Shown here piece after piece: positions 60,833-64,000 of a DNA stretch of 64,000 nt. The stretch is from Somniosus microcephalus (Eukaryota), in the NCBI GenBank assembly GCA_052327205.1, contig CM126205.1:299956001-300020000 (forward strand), written 5' to 3'. Both the position numbers and the translations under genes were made by a program. Numbering within the stretch: the stretch's first letter is position 1; each line of letters opens with the position of its first letter. The notes beneath the pieces are model-generated. The model ran no database searches, had not been told where the DNA came from, and saw only the letters and a program-made list of their open reading frames with translations.

Positions 60833-62366
60833 GACAGGCTATCGTGTTAAAGACTTGTGCTCCAGAACAAGCCGCACCTCTAGCCAAGCTATTCCAGTAC
60901 AGCTACAACATTGGCATCTATCCGACAATGTGGAAAACTGCCCAGGTATGTCCTGTCCACAAAAAGCAGGACAAATCCAATCCGGCCAATTACCGCCCCA
61001 TCAGTCTATTCTCAATCATCAGCAAAGTGATGGAAGGTGTCATCGACAGTGCTATCAAGCGGCACTTACTCACCAATAACTTGCTCACTGATGCCCAGTT
61101 TGGGGTCCACCAAGACCACTCGGCTCCCAACCTCATTACAGCCTTGGCCCAAACTTGGACAAAGGAGCTGAATTCCAGAGGTGAGGTGAGAGTGACTGCC
61201 CTTGACAGCAAGGCAGCATTTGACCGAGTGTGGCATCAAGGAGCCCTAGTAAAACTGAAGTGAATGGAAATCAGGGGGGAAACTTTCCACTGCCTGGAGT
61301 CATACCTAGCACAAAGGAAGATGGTTGTGGTGGTTGGTGGTCAATCATCACAGCCCCAGGACATCGATGCAGGAGTTCCACAGGGCAGTGTCCTAGGCCC
61401 AACCACCTTCAGCTGCTTCATCAATGACTTTCCCTCCAACATAAGGTCAGAAATGGGGATGTTCGCTGAAGACTGCACAGTGTTCAGTGCCATTCACAAC
61501 TCCTCAGATAATGAAGCAGTCCATGCCCGCATGCAGCAAGACCTGGATGACGTTCAGGCTTGGGCTGATAAGTGGCAGGTAACATTCGCACCACACAAGT
61601 GCCAGGCAATGACTATCTCCAACAAGCGAGAGTCTAACCACCGCCTCTTGACATTCAATGGCATTACCATCGCCGAATCCCCACCATCAACATCCTGGGG
61701 GTCACCATTGACCAGAAATTTAACTGGACCAGCCACATAAATACTGTGGCAACAAGAGCAGGTCAGAGGCTGGGTATTCTGCAGCGAGTGGCTCACCTCC
61801 TGACTCCCCTAAGCCTTGCCACCATCTACAAGGCACAAGTCAGGAGTGTGATGGAATACTCTCCACTTGCCTGGATGAGTGCAGCTCCAACAATACTCAA
61901 GAAGCTCGACACCATCCAGGACAAAGCAGCCCACTTGATTGGCACCCCATCCACCACCTTAACATTCACTCCCTTCACCACCGGCGTACCGTGGCTGCAG
62001 TCTGCACTATCTACTAGATGCACTGCAGCAACTCGCCAAGGCTTCTTCGGCAGCACCTCCCAAACCCGCGACCTCTTCCAACTAGAAGGACAAGGGCAGC
62101 AGGCACATGGGAACACCATCACCTCCAAGTTCCCTCCAAGTCACACACCATCCTGACGTAGAAGTATATTGCAGAGCCTTCATCGTTGCTGGGTCAGAAT
62201 CCTGGAACTCCCTCACTAACAGCACTGTGGGAGTACCTTCACCACACGCACTGCAGCGATTCAAGAAGTCGGCGCACCACCACCTTCTCAAGGGCAATTA
62301 GGGATGAGCAATAAATGCTGGGCTTGCCAGCGACGCCCACATCCCATAAACTAAATTTAAAAAACA
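60833..62366 (+). mobile_element. 5'-truncated, disrupted CR1-group LINE
   Basis: NYRPISL, AFDRVWH, GVPQGSVLGP and FAED (mutated), with a stop at 61261, a frameshift near 61680, and the family 3' tail. Confidence 0.92.
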
Positions 62367-62795
62367 GGTGTGGGAAGGGGGGCGGGAGTTAAATTGGAGC
62401 GAGGGATTTACCCACTCCTTTCCTGCCCCGATCTGGCCAGCTACAATTTTAAGCTGCAGGCGGCAAGGGCAACTCACCCCAAGCCAGCAGGATCCTCTTT
62501 AAATATACAGATCAGGCTACGATATTGTCATCGAGGCCATGATCTGTTACTTTAACCTGAGGGCTGAGCAGGCTTAATGCTATGTGCTCATGCCTTTGCT
62601 GATGGAATGCACCAAAGGTTCTACCAGCCTACTGCATACCGTTCTGTTCAAGCTTGGCTGTTCTAAATTCGGACGTCATGTTTCGAGTCCTATGCTCCAG
62701 GTTTTGACACTTGGAATGTGAATCCAGTCCCTGCGCTGTAACCGTCAGAAAACAGTCGGGAACAAAAAGGCAGCTTTATAGGCAGAGAATCAAAT

Positions 62796-62815
62796 CTGCT
62801 GCCATCTAATGGCCA
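62796..62815 (-). promoter_or_regulatory. Candidate CTCF site
   Basis: The minus strand reads TGGCCATTAGATGGCAGCAG. Confidence 0.38.
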
Positions 62816-63042
62816 AGTGCATTGTTGGTTAGACTGGCTGGACAGCAAACTTGTACTTGTGAATTACATTTAGCTTCCTTGCCACTGGTAATGAAATAGT
62901 GAAAATTATACATTCAGGTTTTAACACTCTGCCTGTGAATGGAATTTATGAGAAAAAGATACATCGCAAAAAGTACAAACCAAAAAGATAAATGTAACAT
63001 GGTTCTATTCAAGGCTTCACATTATTTTTACAAAAGGTTGAA

Positions 63043-63452
63043 TCACCGAATCATACAGCACAAAAGGAGACCATTCATGTCTGTGCCAGCTCTTTAAAAC
63101 AGCTATCCAATTGGCCCCACTCCCCTGCTCTTTCCCCAAAGCTATGCAAATTTTTCCTTTTCAGGTATTTATCCAATTCCCTTTTGAAAGTTACTATTGC
63201 ATCTGCTTCCACCGCCCTTTCAGGCAATGCATCCCAGATCATAACAACTCGCTGCGTAGAAAAAACTTCTCCTCATCTCCCCTCTGGTTCTTTTGTCAAT
63301 TATCTTCAATCAGTGTCCTCTGGTTATTGACCGTCCTGCCAGTGGAAACAATTTCTCCTTATTTACTCCATCAAAATTCTTCATCATTTTGAACAGCTCT
63401 CTTAAATCTCCGCTTACCCGTCTCTGCTCTAAGGAGAACAATCCCAGCTTCT
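63043..63452 (-). mobile_element. CR1 LINE 3' fragment
   Basis: Same 3' region as 21172-21520 (cttttcaggcaatgcatcccagatcataacaactcgctg...). Confidence 0.85.
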
Positions 63453-64000
63453 GTAATGTTCACATTGCAAGAACAGCGCATGCAGCAGTCAAAATAGGAA
63501 AGTTGAGGTTTTTTATTTACAGCACAAAGTATTTTGACCCCCCACACTCTCCCATGCAGAAGAGACTGCAAGTAGGCATGAGGAATCTTTGATGGTCTGG
63601 GTATCCTCCTACTACAAAGCTTTTTTTAAATGAACAGACTCCCATTCAGACAAGTACCTAAAAGTATATCTTTAAACATATTTCACTAGCTTCAGTTTAG
63701 TTGACTTAGAGGGGAACTTGGAGGTGATAACATTCCCATGATCTTACTTCTCTTACCCTTCTTGGTCTAGGATTTCTGCAGCTTCCTTGGGGAATGGGTG
63801 GGAGAGCGGGGGGTGGGGGGAGCAGGTGAATGTCTATGTCTGCAATAGGTGCAGGCCAGTGGCAGTCATTTAAGTGAGAAAGGACAGGATGCTCCTGACC
63901 TTCTCGTCTTATTTTCCTGATCCTTCATCAGAGGAAGCAGGCCTAAGGCCCTGTGTCCAGTCCCTGTCTGATTGAAAGATCGCAGTGAACCTGCAGGTGA

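Larger units (their letters stand above)
1..64000 (+). other. ARHGAP15: Partial ARHGAP15 gene body; introns 6197-8226, 8298-37021, 37110-47698 and 47789 to beyond 64000
   Basis: Four collinear in-frame exons. I found no start-codon exon and no later PH or RhoGAP exons, so the gene extends past both window ends. Confidence 0.88.

Noticed and set aside
47789-64000. Further ARHGAP15 exons (ITTVSGNEFLLQ-like and RhoGAP domain)
   Set aside because: I found no matching spliceable frame by eye. The next exon probably lies beyond the window.

Overview
This is eukaryotic genomic DNA from a cartilaginous fish, most likely a shark, inferred from HE1-type and SacSINE1-type SINEs and shark-type CR1 LINEs. 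The window lies inside ARHGAP15 (+ strand). Four short coding exons (6128-6196, 8227-8297, 37022-37109, 47699-47788) splice in frame to ISRHRRNHSQHNLTEITGMVDQS-CLQPLEKNGFLNKAKITEGGKKLR-KNWTSSWVCLEGNRIEFYKERKQQTLASL-KTGCKPENVDLCGAQIDWAKDKSSRKNVLQ, the N-terminal part of the PH domain. The ORF track misses all four. The rest is intron rich in mobile elements: CR1-, L2- and Rex1-type LINE fragments, several SINE families, two solo LTRs, pogo/Tigger-like MITEs carrying RFX X-box palindromes, and many PIF/Harbinger-type MITEs alongside fossil Harbinger transposase and Myb/SANT ORFs. The most unusual item is a family of short foldback retro-insertions with 14-15 bp target-site duplications whose arms carry minimal, Penelope-type hammerhead-ribozyme motifs. 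Family names and human comparisons are recalled, not computed.
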